From Planctomycetota bacterium (GTDB lineage Bacteria; Planctomycetota; UBA8108; UBA1146): a DNA stretch of 64,000 nt. The DNA lies in contig DQQH01000258.1 of NCBI GenBank assembly GCA_015664425.1, positions 9,359 through 73,358 of the forward strand, read 5' to 3'. The position numbers and the translations under genes were made by a program. Below are positions 57,001-64,000 of this stretch, piece by piece; positions within the stretch are counted from its first letter, which is position 1, and each line of letters opens with the position of its first letter. Below the pieces are notes generated by a model. The model ran no database searches. It had not been told where the DNA came from and saw nothing but the letters and a program-made list of their open reading frames with translations.

Positions 57001-58429
57001 CCTCTTCTATGCCATGGCTCGCCTCCACCAGACGACGATGGAGGTTGCCGAAGCGCGGCGCTCTTATGACCGTGCGGATCAGATCATCGAACGCATCTCT
57101 TCTCGTCTTCCCGAGGATATGCGGGTCGTCTTCAGAGACGATCGCCGCAGGAAGAACTTCTTCACCGACCTCCAGAGGTTCCGCAAGGAGTCGAGCGAAC
57201 TGGTCACGGTGGAGACCATTTCTCAGGAAGGAAAGGAGGTGACCGGAGAGCGGCCACTCTCTGACTCCGCCGCTGGGCCGGATGGCGATGGCCTCCTCGT
57301 TCGGTTCTTGCCGGTGATCGACCGCCTGGCGATCGCTGAGGATCTGGCGACCTTCTTCCACAGTCTTCTCGAAGAAGCGCGTCGGCTGGTTCCCTCTCCT
57401 CGGGGTTTCATCCTCGAGAGGATCGGTTCGCGCTGGAAGGTGTTTTCCGAGATCGACATGGGTCAGAAGGAGTCGTGGGCGGTCGATGACAGCTTGCCCG
57501 GGGCAATCTCTCTCCTCACCATCGACCGGGATCAGGTGCTTCGTTCCGGTGGCGAGGAGTGGATGAAACTGGTCGAGGACTCCCAGGAAGGGTCCAGTTA
57601 CAAGGGCCGCTCGATGATGGCGATCCCGGTTAAGTTGCCCGACAGGTTTTCAGGGGTTCTTGTTCTGGAGCGTCCCACCGCTGGCAACCCCTTCCAGGAA
57701 GAGGACGGAGATCACCTTCTACAGCTGCTCCGGGTGCTCGGAGGGCAGTTTCGTGCCCTCGTAGCCGGTGACAGTCTCGCTCGCTTCGAGCGGACCTCCA
57801 TCCTCACTCCGAGTGGCTTCGAGGCGAACCTCGGTTACCTCCTCGAGAAGCAGAAGCGCGACAAGGTCCCCCTGGGAGCGATCGAGATGGTGATCCCGGG
57901 GTTGGATCATTTGATACGCCAGCGCACCGGAGAAGAAATCGTCGACAGGTTCAGCGATCTGGCCGGACCTGGTGTCGTTCATTGCCTCCGTCCAGCGGGA
58001 GACCGATACGTCTTCCTTTATCTGGGGCGAAGCCTCGAAGACCTCCAGCAGAAATCCCGGGATCTGGGCCACAGGATCTCCGAACTTCGGGAAGGTGTGG
58101 GTCTGGCCGATCGTTGCGAGATCGACATTTTTGTACACCACATGCCCCTGGACGACAGCGGTCTCGATGGGCTCCGCCGGGCCGGTGCGGGGTATTTCTG
58201 TTCGGGCGAGGTCCCACAGATCGAGAGCGAAGTCGCGACCCTCACCGGCGGGGGTATCTCATTGAAAGAAGCGAAAAGGGCCCTGGAGAAGCGTTACATC
58301 GTCTCCGCCCTGCACAAGAGCGAAGGTAACGTCACCCATGCTGCCGAGGCGTTGGGGATGCACCGCCCGCAGCTTTCCAACCTGTTGAAACGCCATGGCA
58401 TTCGCAGGGAAGACTTCGAGCGCTCCTGA
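54065..58429 (+). CDS. Very large cytoplasmic signal-transduction regulator: STAND/AAA_16 NTPase, TPR array, GAF, degenerate GGDEF-like domain and C-terminal Fis-type HTH
   Basis: Walker A GASGQGKS, Walker B LLLAIHDIH and a GGNP sensor motif. A long TPR region. GAF-like ...SMMAIPVKL...GVLVLER. A GGDEF-like fold with GDRYV in place of GG(D/E)EF. Terminal HTH_8 ...ALEKRYIVSALHKSEGNVTHAAEALGMHRPQLSNLLKRHGI. No sigma54 GAFTGA motif. Confidence 0.75.
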   Translation: MTREEPIDMTPQDAEDRGLSPDRNEILDELEDLIRCALLAERGQGSGVALVLVRGASGQGKSRLVEDLLERLGDERPLFQEVECHERQGIPFLPVLRLIKNLIVSSLAPRELWRKYAHVLTRVFPELVEQLGGAMPPDPLPGEDGRIQFHQALTSILLELAAERPLLLAIHDIHRCDRGTIEFITFLARNVFLSTGGQRSEVDASAGSEEGSREWKQIHTREGRDGKSVSEFLESDEGSTSEGSPGARIQIVVNYTSKDSAARLAGETDEVLASLGRLAKEPFSRHFDLPPLMPGDLAQMVETEVEARCEPGQIERVYEATGGNPLRALDLCRLVSESGGNWRLLDDILPAILPKGASSAQEQLGRGVFMRRLASLPALQVMVLRYLALLRRPADAVFIGEACQSDPQILDEALLELTDRGFIRSRQVRNLSRFHIGHEDHLRWIRRGIEPSEARRLQGDLGRILAEDPRASEPVRSFEIYEQLRAAGQLEECRGHGFSAFRFFSSAYAEHLAIRVGRELIDSLGADGDPEMRHDVLMELIELEMGTGQQELAKAHAKSLIEDPELPAGPRLEGLLLLAEIYCQLGEPLKGIKALNRVPRETVATVGGLSEARITTKRARLRLERRDFKRAISLCLRGLKELEGTAEEPVHLSLRADLLEFLSEAHLRRGETVSALNHYQSLLELVEGLGDDVRLSSVLRTLSRVYYDRGNHFRSARYLFRALEVIERTRDFRALASTYELLGKVYRNSGDFPRSLEHFRLSLRLREKIGDAKLLSPTLNSIGSLHSHNGDYARAIRYFKRSVTNSERFGSTDGIVRSFLHLGWVFHELGERKQLESLCRQVLILSQEFDLLDLEAEGHRLAGSLAFLRGDLKNSEKEFRRSLEIAQKRGMTKLAAASHLDLAALEQKRERYEAALKLVSRGILQAEEIQSIPFQVRGLLLKGEISRHLRGGSPERTRECYEKAVTLVSGETLMPLQWSLFYAMARLHQTTMEVAEARRSYDRADQIIERISSRLPEDMRVVFRDDRRRKNFFTDLQRFRKESSELVTVETISQEGKEVTGERPLSDSAAGPDGDGLLVRFLPVIDRLAIAEDLATFFHSLLEEARRLVPSPRGFILERIGSRWKVFSEIDMGQKESWAVDDSLPGAISLLTIDRDQVLRSGGEEWMKLVEDSQEGSSYKGRSMMAIPVKLPDRFSGVLVLERPTAGNPFQEEDGDHLLQLLRVLGGQFRALVAGDSLARFERTSILTPSGFEANLGYLLEKQKRDKVPLGAIEMVIPGLDHLIRQRTGEEIVDRFSDLAGPGVVHCLRPAGDRYVFLYLGRSLEDLQQKSRDLGHRISELREGVGLADRCEIDIFVHHMPLDDSGLDGLRRAGAGYFCSGEVPQIESEVATLTGGGISLKEAKRALEKRYIVSALHKSEGNVTHAAEALGMHRPQLSNLLKRHGIRREDFERS

Positions 58430-58528
58430 GGAACTTCCCAAGAAACCAGGGTGCCCCGAGATGGCCAGAGGGCCCGGGTGCGCGCAAGCGCCCGGACCCT
58501 TCAGCCCTGGTCTCAATTTGCCGTCGAG

Positions 58529-58726
58529 TCAGTTGCAGTTGAAATCGTGTGCGCGGACGGTCTTGCGACCGTTGGCGCCGGCACGGCTTGCAGCCTGCTG
58601 GATGTACCAGTGGATGACTTCGTTGAGACCGTCAAGGGCGTCACCACCCACGTTGACCCCGTGACCCTTGAGGGCAGCCTTGGCCTTGCTGCCGACCAGG
58701 AGCATCTCCTTCGTCTGAGTGTTCAT
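58529..58726 (-). CDS. Small bacterial histone-fold protein (DUF1931-like)
   Basis: MNTQTKEMLLVGSKAKAALKGHGVNVGGDALDGLNEVIHWYIQQAASRAGANGRKTVRAHDF fits helix1-loop-long helix2-loop with an RKT motif. The internal ATG was chosen. Confidence 0.45.
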   Translation of the reverse strand: MNTQTKEMLLVGSKAKAALKGHGVNVGGDALDGLNEVIHWYIQQAASRAGANGRKTVRAHDFNCN

Positions 58727-59110
58727 AAGGACAGAATCCTTCCGAAAATCGACTCCCGGACCCAACTCGAGTCCGGCGGAGCGCCCCGTAGCCCTCCAGT
58801 CCTTCGTACCTCGAGGCTGCCTGGCATGGTGCCGCGGTACCTCGGCCCATTACGGGTTCGGGCCAGGAAACGCAGCAGGCGGCCTCTCGGGCTCATGACG
58901 CGTCCGATTGTGACAGTATTACCTCCCAGGGAAAGATCAATTTTGCCCCAGACTGCCCACAGGAGCCCATCAGAGGTGAAACCGTACTCGGTCGGGGAGG
59001 CCTCGGGGTCAGTTTCGAGCAGCCAAGAATGCCTTCTTTATTAGGCCTAAGCCTTTTTGAAGAAATGAGTTAAGGCTATCTCTCCTGGGTTTCTCCCGGT
59101 CCACCTGGGC

Positions 59111-61141
59111 TCAGGAGTGAATGAAGGGAGCAGGATGGCGAGGTCCCTTCTCGAGGAAGTTCTGGATTCCGATATTCATATCTCGAGTGGCGCAGACTTC
59201 GCCGAACATCCGGGCCTCGAATGCGATCCCTTCCTTCAGAGGTAGGCGGCACCCCTCGAGGATCGCCCTCGAGAGGATCCCATCGACCATTCGACTGAGG
59301 TGTCCCAGGTCGACCTCCGGAAGCATCTCGGGAACCTGGATCGGGCCCTTCTGGATCTCTGGAAGCGGAGTTTCTCCCGCCACGGCCGCTCTGACCATGT
59401 CGATCCCGGTCGAGAGCAACTGCTCCTTGCTGCCCGGGACCTCCCGTTCGATCAGGCCGATTCGGAGCGCTTCTGAGCTGGAAACGGGTCGTCCGGTGCG
59501 CATCAACTCGGAAGCCTTCTCGATGCCGACCCAGCGCGGGAGGCGCTGTGTTCCGCCTCCACCTGGGATGATACCGAGGTTTACCTCGGGTTGGCCGGCG
59601 AGGACCTTCAATCCCTCCCGGGCAATCCGGGCATTGCACGCCAGTGCGATCTCGTTCCCACCTCCGAGAGCGAGGCCGTTGAAGGCGCAGACGACAGGTT
59701 TGGGACAGTCCTCGATTGCCTGGATCGAGAGTTGGGAACCGGATGAAGTTTTCTCCCCCATCTCCTTGCTGTCGATTTTTGCAAGGAACCCGACATCTGC
59801 CCCGGAGGCGAAAGCCTTCACCCCGTAGCCGGTCAGGACCGCGCCGATGACGCTGTCATCGGCAGCGATGTCGAGGAAATGCTGCTTAATCTCCTCGAAG
59901 GTGGCTTCATTGAGAGCGTTGAGGGCTCGCGGGCGCCGAATGCAGACGATGGCCACCTCTTCCCGATCCCACCTGAAAACGGTTGCGATGGGAAACGGTT
60001 CACCGAGCCCTGCCTGCTCCACGAGGCAAAGTGGGACCGAGAACCCCGGGTTTTTCGCTGCGTAGTTTTCGACCAGTCCCAGAGATTTCTCGAGGCCGAT
60101 GCGATTCATCAGGCGGAAAGGGGCGTGCATGTCGAGGGCAATCTCAACCGCCATGTCGAGGTCTGCCACGCTGGAGATGCCGCTGTCGACGATTTCACCG
60201 ACGATGCCGAAGTAAGCTCCCAGGAGTGATTCCGAGATCAGTGCGGATCTCTCCGGCTCCACCTCGACCCCTTCTCCCCGAGCCGGGACCTCCCATCGGC
60301 TCTGATTCTTGACGGCATCCTTGAGAATCTGTGGCGAGCGGTACCAGGGCATGATCCTCGATGTGTAGTTCCCAAGCCCGACGTCGGTGATCGGATTTCC
60401 TCCGGTGAGATTCATCGCTGTGAAGGGGCCGACGGTGTATCCGAGAGTCTTGCAGGCGACCGCGTCGACCTCCTTCGATGTACCTTTGCCCTCCTCTACG
60501 AGGAGCGCCGAAGCGAGGAAGAGTCCCTCGAAGATGGGGTCGATCGCGTATCCGTAACGACTTCCCACCTCGATGGGGAACTTGCCGATCTCCTCGTAGA
60601 AACCCATCACCGCCCTCCCCAGGCCCGGGTCGCTTCCCGCCCCAGATACCACCTCAACCACGGGATTGCGCTCCGCCGGGAAGAAGTAGTGCACTACCAG
60701 CGATCGGGAGGGGTCCTCGAGGCCACCGAAGATCACTTCCGGCTCGAGGTGAGAGGAATTCGAGCACAGGATTGCTCCGTCGGAGACGATCGCTGTCAAC
60801 TGATTGAAGATTTTCCCCTTGAGGTTGCTGTCCTCGGTGGCCGCCTCGACCACGAGATCTGTGCCGGCGAGTTGCTGGTAGTCGTCGGTGAAAGTGACGT
60901 TCCCCTTCATCGCCTCGCCGGCATCGACGGTGAACGCACCAGATTCCACACCCTTGTCGACCTTTCTGTCGAGCTTCTTCCTGCCATTCTCGAGCGCCTC
61001 TCGGCTGACGTCGACGACGATGACAGGCACTCCCTGGGGCGTGAAGACCTTGCTGAAATGGAGAGCGATGTCAGGGCCGATCTGGCCTGACCCGATGACC
61101 CCGATCTTGGTGATCGGCCGATCGAGAATTTGCAGCGTCAT
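59111..61141 (-). CDS. fadN: FadN-type bifunctional 3-hydroxyacyl-CoA dehydrogenase (N-terminal) / enoyl-CoA hydratase (C-terminal)
   Basis: N-terminal Rossmann motif IGVIGSGQIGPDIA. C-terminal crotonase fold (..AFASGADV.. GLALGGGNEIALAC). RBS GGAGAAAAGAAA precedes the ATG at 61141. Confidence 0.85.
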   Translation of the reverse strand: MTLQILDRPITKIGVIGSGQIGPDIALHFSKVFTPQGVPVIVVDVSREALENGRKKLDRKVDKGVESGAFTVDAGEAMKGNVTFTDDYQQLAGTDLVVEAATEDSNLKGKIFNQLTAIVSDGAILCSNSSHLEPEVIFGGLEDPSRSLVVHYFFPAERNPVVEVVSGAGSDPGLGRAVMGFYEEIGKFPIEVGSRYGYAIDPIFEGLFLASALLVEEGKGTSKEVDAVACKTLGYTVGPFTAMNLTGGNPITDVGLGNYTSRIMPWYRSPQILKDAVKNQSRWEVPARGEGVEVEPERSALISESLLGAYFGIVGEIVDSGISSVADLDMAVEIALDMHAPFRLMNRIGLEKSLGLVENYAAKNPGFSVPLCLVEQAGLGEPFPIATVFRWDREEVAIVCIRRPRALNALNEATFEEIKQHFLDIAADDSVIGAVLTGYGVKAFASGADVGFLAKIDSKEMGEKTSSGSQLSIQAIEDCPKPVVCAFNGLALGGGNEIALACNARIAREGLKVLAGQPEVNLGIIPGGGGTQRLPRWVGIEKASELMRTGRPVSSSEALRIGLIEREVPGSKEQLLSTGIDMVRAAVAGETPLPEIQKGPIQVPEMLPEVDLGHLSRMVDGILSRAILEGCRLPLKEGIAFEARMFGEVCATRDMNIGIQNFLEKGPRHPAPFIHS

Positions 61142-61217
61142 TTCTTTTCTCCACGAGTACTTTCGGTTCCCTGAGACTGGGATTGTAATGGAGCCATTCC
61201 GTGCGGGAAGTCTGCCT

Positions 61218-61958
61218 TCAGGATTTCTCGGCGATGACGAAGAGAATGCGTCCGAAGAGTGCGGCCCCCGACAGGGTCCAGCGACAGTGTTGGCGGTATA
61301 CCTCCCCCTGTTTTCTCGCTTTCTTTCCAATCCCTCGCAGTTTCATCGCCAGCACCAGGAAGGGAAATACAGGCGCTAGCAGGAGTGAGGACAGACGGAG
61401 GTGATTTGTGGCAACTTCTTTGATCTGGCCGCCGTGGCGGCAGACGTAGTACTGAAAGTGCTGGATCCCCAGGCAGTTGAGATGCTGCTCACCGCTTTCC
61501 CTCTGGGGGTCGAATGGGCGCCGTGCGCCGTCGGTCGTCCCGTGGAGGAGATAGTGGGCCCTGGAGGCGAGCCCCTGGATGTTGGGGGTGGTGAAGAGTG
61601 CCCGACCGCCCGGTCTCAGCACCCGGAAGATTTCCTCGAAATATCGGTTGTGATTCTCAATGTGTTCGGCGACTTCGATAGAGACCGTGCAGTCGAAGCT
61701 TGCATCGGGGAAAGGCAATCCCTGGTTCAGGTCACAGCCGTGGAAGGGGACCGTGTCGACCTGGAAGACCTGCTCAGGAAGGTCGCATGCGTTGATGTCG
61801 CGATAGCCTTCATTCAGCATCTTGCGGCAGAAGAAGCCCGAGCCCGCTCCGACGTCGAGAATCCTGGAATCAGGATCGGTCGGCAGGAAAGGCAGGAGCC
61901 TGTTGTAGATGTCGGGTTGAAAGGTATTCCCTTTCAAAACCGCGCTGGTGGTGTTCAA
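61218..61958 (-). CDS. Class I SAM-dependent methyltransferase
   Basis: Motif I ILDVGAGSGFF and post-I acidic residue. Motif II/III region FDCTVSIEVAEHI...LRPGGRALFTTPN. Confidence 0.75.
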   Translation of the reverse strand: MNTTSAVLKGNTFQPDIYNRLLPFLPTDPDSRILDVGAGSGFFCRKMLNEGYRDINACDLPEQVFQVDTVPFHGCDLNQGLPFPDASFDCTVSIEVAEHIENHNRYFEEIFRVLRPGGRALFTTPNIQGLASRAHYLLHGTTDGARRPFDPQRESGEQHLNCLGIQHFQYYVCRHGGQIKEVATNHLRLSSLLLAPVFPFLVLAMKLRGIGKKARKQGEVYRQHCRWTLSGAALFGRILFVIAEKS

Positions 61959-62680
61959 GCCTCGCCTCTCATCGCACTCAACTCCCTGTCAGTGGCCCAC
62001 CGAGCTTCCCCGGATGTGAGACTCCCCAGTTCGATGGCTCCGATCCGAACGCGGACCAGCCACTCTACCTCACTGCCGAGGGACTTCGCCATTCTACGCA
62101 CCTGCCGGTTTCTCCCCTCGCTGATGATGATTCGGATTACTCCACTGCGTCTGGAAATTTTTTCCAGTTCGACCCTCGCCGGGGCGGTCCGGGATTTATC
62201 CCCGATGTCGACCCCAGCGCGCAACTGCTCGATCTGGTCTTCGCTGGGGCAGGGGCGGAACTTTGCCCGGTATTCCTTTTCGACGTGTCGCTCGGGAGAG
62301 AGGATCTGATCGGAGAGATCGTTGTCATCGGTGAGGAGGAGCAAGCCTGCGCTCGCTCGATCGAGTCTTCCGACGGCACGCAATGACGGATCGGTGCGGA
62401 ATTCCTCCGGTAACTGGTCTCCGAGGCAAGGCCTTCCCTCGGGGTCCCTCACGGTGGTAATGACACCGCGTGGTTTGTTGTAGATCAGCAAGCGCGAGTC
62501 GCAACGGGTTACCACTCGATTTCCATCGAGAGTGACCCTGTCGACCTCCGGGTCGATCCATTGCTCTGCGTTTGAGATCACCTCGCCGTTGACGCGGACC
62601 CGTCCCTCCAGGACGAGGCGACGTGCTCCCGTCCGGCTGGCGACCCCGCAACGCGAGAGATAGCGATCGATGGTTCTCAT
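61955..62680 (-). CDS. RsuA/RluB-family rRNA pseudouridine synthase (S4 domain plus PseudoU_synth_2)
   Basis: S4 motif MRTIDRYLSRCGVASRTGARRLVLEGRVRVNG. Catalytic AVGRLDRASAGLLLLTDD. The internal ATG at 62680 was chosen; the upstream ORF portion is Arg-rich junk. Confidence 0.8.
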   Translation of the reverse strand: MRTIDRYLSRCGVASRTGARRLVLEGRVRVNGEVISNAEQWIDPEVDRVTLDGNRVVTRCDSRLLIYNKPRGVITTVRDPEGRPCLGDQLPEEFRTDPSLRAVGRLDRASAGLLLLTDDNDLSDQILSPERHVEKEYRAKFRPCPSEDQIEQLRAGVDIGDKSRTAPARVELEKISRRSGVIRIIISEGRNRQVRRMAKSLGSEVEWLVRVRIGAIELGSLTSGEARWATDRELSAMRGEA

Positions 62681-62694
62681 GGGAATGCCAGAGC

Positions 62695-63381
62695 TCAGTG
62701 GGCTTCCTTTCGAAGCCGGGCGGTGAGCCAGCGGCCGATATCGGTGATCTCCTCGGGGTGGACGGAATGGGGGCAGGGGTAACTGTGCCACTGGACCTCG
62801 TGTCCCAGCTCCCTCAATCGGTTTGCCGACGATTCGCCAAGAGCTCGAGGGACGACCGGATCCCAGTCGCCATGGCAGGCGAGTATCGGGGTCTCCCGAT
62901 TGGCATCTGAAGCTTCGGCTTCGATTTTTTCGGGGAGAGGCAGGTAGGCGGAAAGAACGATGATGCCGGCGAGAGGCCGGGGGTACCTGAGCCCGACATG
63001 GCATGCCATTGCGCCACCCTGGGAAAAACCAGCGAGCACGATCGCGTCTTCGGAAATCCCCCCCTTGTGAACCTGATCTTCGATGAGAGTTACGATCATC
63101 TCGGCGCTCGCCAGGATCCCCTTCTCGTCGACGCGGCGGTCGTTGCTGACCTCGAGGATGTCGTACCATGCGGGCATCACCATGCCGTTGTTGATGGTGA
63201 CGGCTCTGGAGGGAGCATGTGGAAATACGAACCTCACCGCCAGATCTTCAGGAAGCCCGAGGTGGGGTACTATCGGCTCGAAGTCGTGGCCATCAGCACC
63301 GAGGCCGTGGAGCCAGATCACAGCACAATCGGGTTCTGCTGCCGTTTCGATCACCACCGCTGGTAGGGGCTGCTGGGTCAT
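62695..63381 (-). CDS. Alpha/beta-hydrolase carboxylesterase / phospholipase (esterase YpfH / carboxylesterase 2 type)
   Basis: WLHGLGADGHDF, nucleophile elbow GFSQGGAM, and a C-terminal His (HGDWDPVVP). Confidence 0.75.
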   Translation of the reverse strand: MTQQPLPAVVIETAAEPDCAVIWLHGLGADGHDFEPIVPHLGLPEDLAVRFVFPHAPSRAVTINNGMVMPAWYDILEVSNDRRVDEKGILASAEMIVTLIEDQVHKGGISEDAIVLAGFSQGGAMACHVGLRYPRPLAGIIVLSAYLPLPEKIEAEASDANRETPILACHGDWDPVVPRALGESSANRLRELGHEVQWHSYPCPHSVHPEEITDIGRWLTARLRKEAH

Positions 63382-63385
63382 CGGG

Positions 63386-63997
63386 TCATTTTCTCGACAG
63401 GATCTGGTCGAGTACCAGGAGCAGTTCCCCCAGGTGAGTGATGGTGTGGTCTCCTTCAGGAACGAAGCGCTCCTGCCAGTGCTGTTCCTCGCCATTGTCG
63501 AACCAGACGGTGGTCATCCCTTGTTGCTTTGCCCCGGGGAGTTCTTCGGAGTTGCCATCTCCGACATAAACGCAACTGGATCCGTCGATCTGGAGTTTTT
63601 CCAGGGCGTGTTGATACATCTTCGGATGGGGTTTTCGCACCCCCAGATGCGCGGAGCATGACCGGACAGGAAAGTATTTTCCGAGGGGTGTTTCGTCGAG
63701 GATCGTTGGGGCGAGAGTCGAGCAGTCGGTTATCAGGGCGAGCTGGAACCCTCGCGCCAGAAGTTGATCGAGGAGTTCAGTTGTTCCTGGTCTCGGGATA
63801 ATGGCAGAGCGCAGCAACTCGCGGTGGACCCCGGCTGCGCTGACCGTCGATCCAGAAGGAGGGGTGTGCTGGAGTGCCTCCAGCACCGCTTCGAATTGAC
63901 CTTCCCCGTCGGGGATCTCCCCCTCCATCCGTTGGCGGAAGAAATGTCCCCAGGCGTTGGAAAAACTGACCGGGTCGAGATCGAGATGGCGGGCCAT
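63386..63997 (-). CDS. HAD-IA family hydrolase; the N-terminus may extend beyond the window edge
   Basis: Motif I LDLD near the N-terminus. Motif III/IV ...RKPHPKMY... VYVGDGNSE. The ORF reaches the last ATG 4 nt before the window end. Confidence 0.65.
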   Translation of the reverse strand: MARHLDLDPVSFSNAWGHFFRQRMEGEIPDGEGQFEAVLEALQHTPPSGSTVSAAGVHRELLRSAIIPRPGTTELLDQLLARGFQLALITDCSTLAPTILDETPLGKYFPVRSCSAHLGVRKPHPKMYQHALEKLQIDGSSCVYVGDGNSEELPGAKQQGMTTVWFDNGEEQHWQERFVPEGDHTITHLGELLLVLDQILSRK

Positions 63998-64000
63998 CTC

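Noticed and set aside
55433-57361. Minus-strand ORFs (194 aa and 323 aa) inside the giant regulator gene
   Set aside because: They are antisense to a continuous 1455-aa frame with coherent domain architecture.
58451-59044. 197-aa plus-strand ORF overlapping the histone-fold gene and ending at a weak hairpin plus T-run
   Set aside because: The translation is Arg-, Pro- and Ser-rich with no secondary-structure periodicity. The hairpin is only a 4-bp stem. I kept the minus-strand histone-fold gene instead.
1-64000. CRISPR arrays, IS elements, transposases, integrases, prophage genes, toxin-antitoxin pairs
   Set aside because: Visual scanning found no short regularly spaced repeats and no transposase or integrase motifs. 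The whole window reads as core chromosome rather than an accessory island.

Overview
The window is a densely coding, high-GC (about 63-65%) chromosomal segment. It most likely comes from a Planctomycetota (PVC-group) bacterium. The evidence is a huge PSCyt1/PSCyt2/PSD1 protein paired with a Tat-signal DUF1501 protein, two PA14-domain proteins, and tandem PilB/GspE ATPases. I find about 50 protein-coding genes.

The genes are mostly housekeeping:
- a partial FbpABC/thiamine-type ABC importer;
- a LolCDE-like pair;
- leucine dehydrogenase co-transcribed with rnpA and yidD;
- a radical-SAM TIGR03960/TIGR03936 fusion with a convergent ferredoxin;
- an MqnA/MqnD-family gene followed by a DprE1-like FAD oxidase;
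- PiT plus a PhoU-like DUF47 gene;
- rnr-rnhA-fkbp-ppiD-like;
- a YrdC::LMW-PTP fusion next to rpiB;
- a lipA-lipB-E2-E1beta-lpdA cluster facing a divergently transcribed fused E1 alpha-beta gene;
- ftsH;
- a fadN-methyltransferase-rsuA-esterase-HAD string.

No CRISPR array, transposase, integrase, rRNA or canonical tRNA was seen. The items I rate most worth follow-up are the 1.45-kaa STAND-TPR-GAF-degenerate-GGDEF-Fis-HTH regulator preceded by a candidate terminator/antiterminator leader, the DprE1-like oxidase next to a menaquinone gene, the 2-oxo-acid dehydrogenase wiring, the 1.2-kb leader upstream of the PilB tandem, and the PA14/GH29 glycan locus.

All calls are by-eye motif recognition; no database search was run. 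Coordinates of features read directly from the raw sequence (hairpins, promoters) may be off by 1-2 nt.
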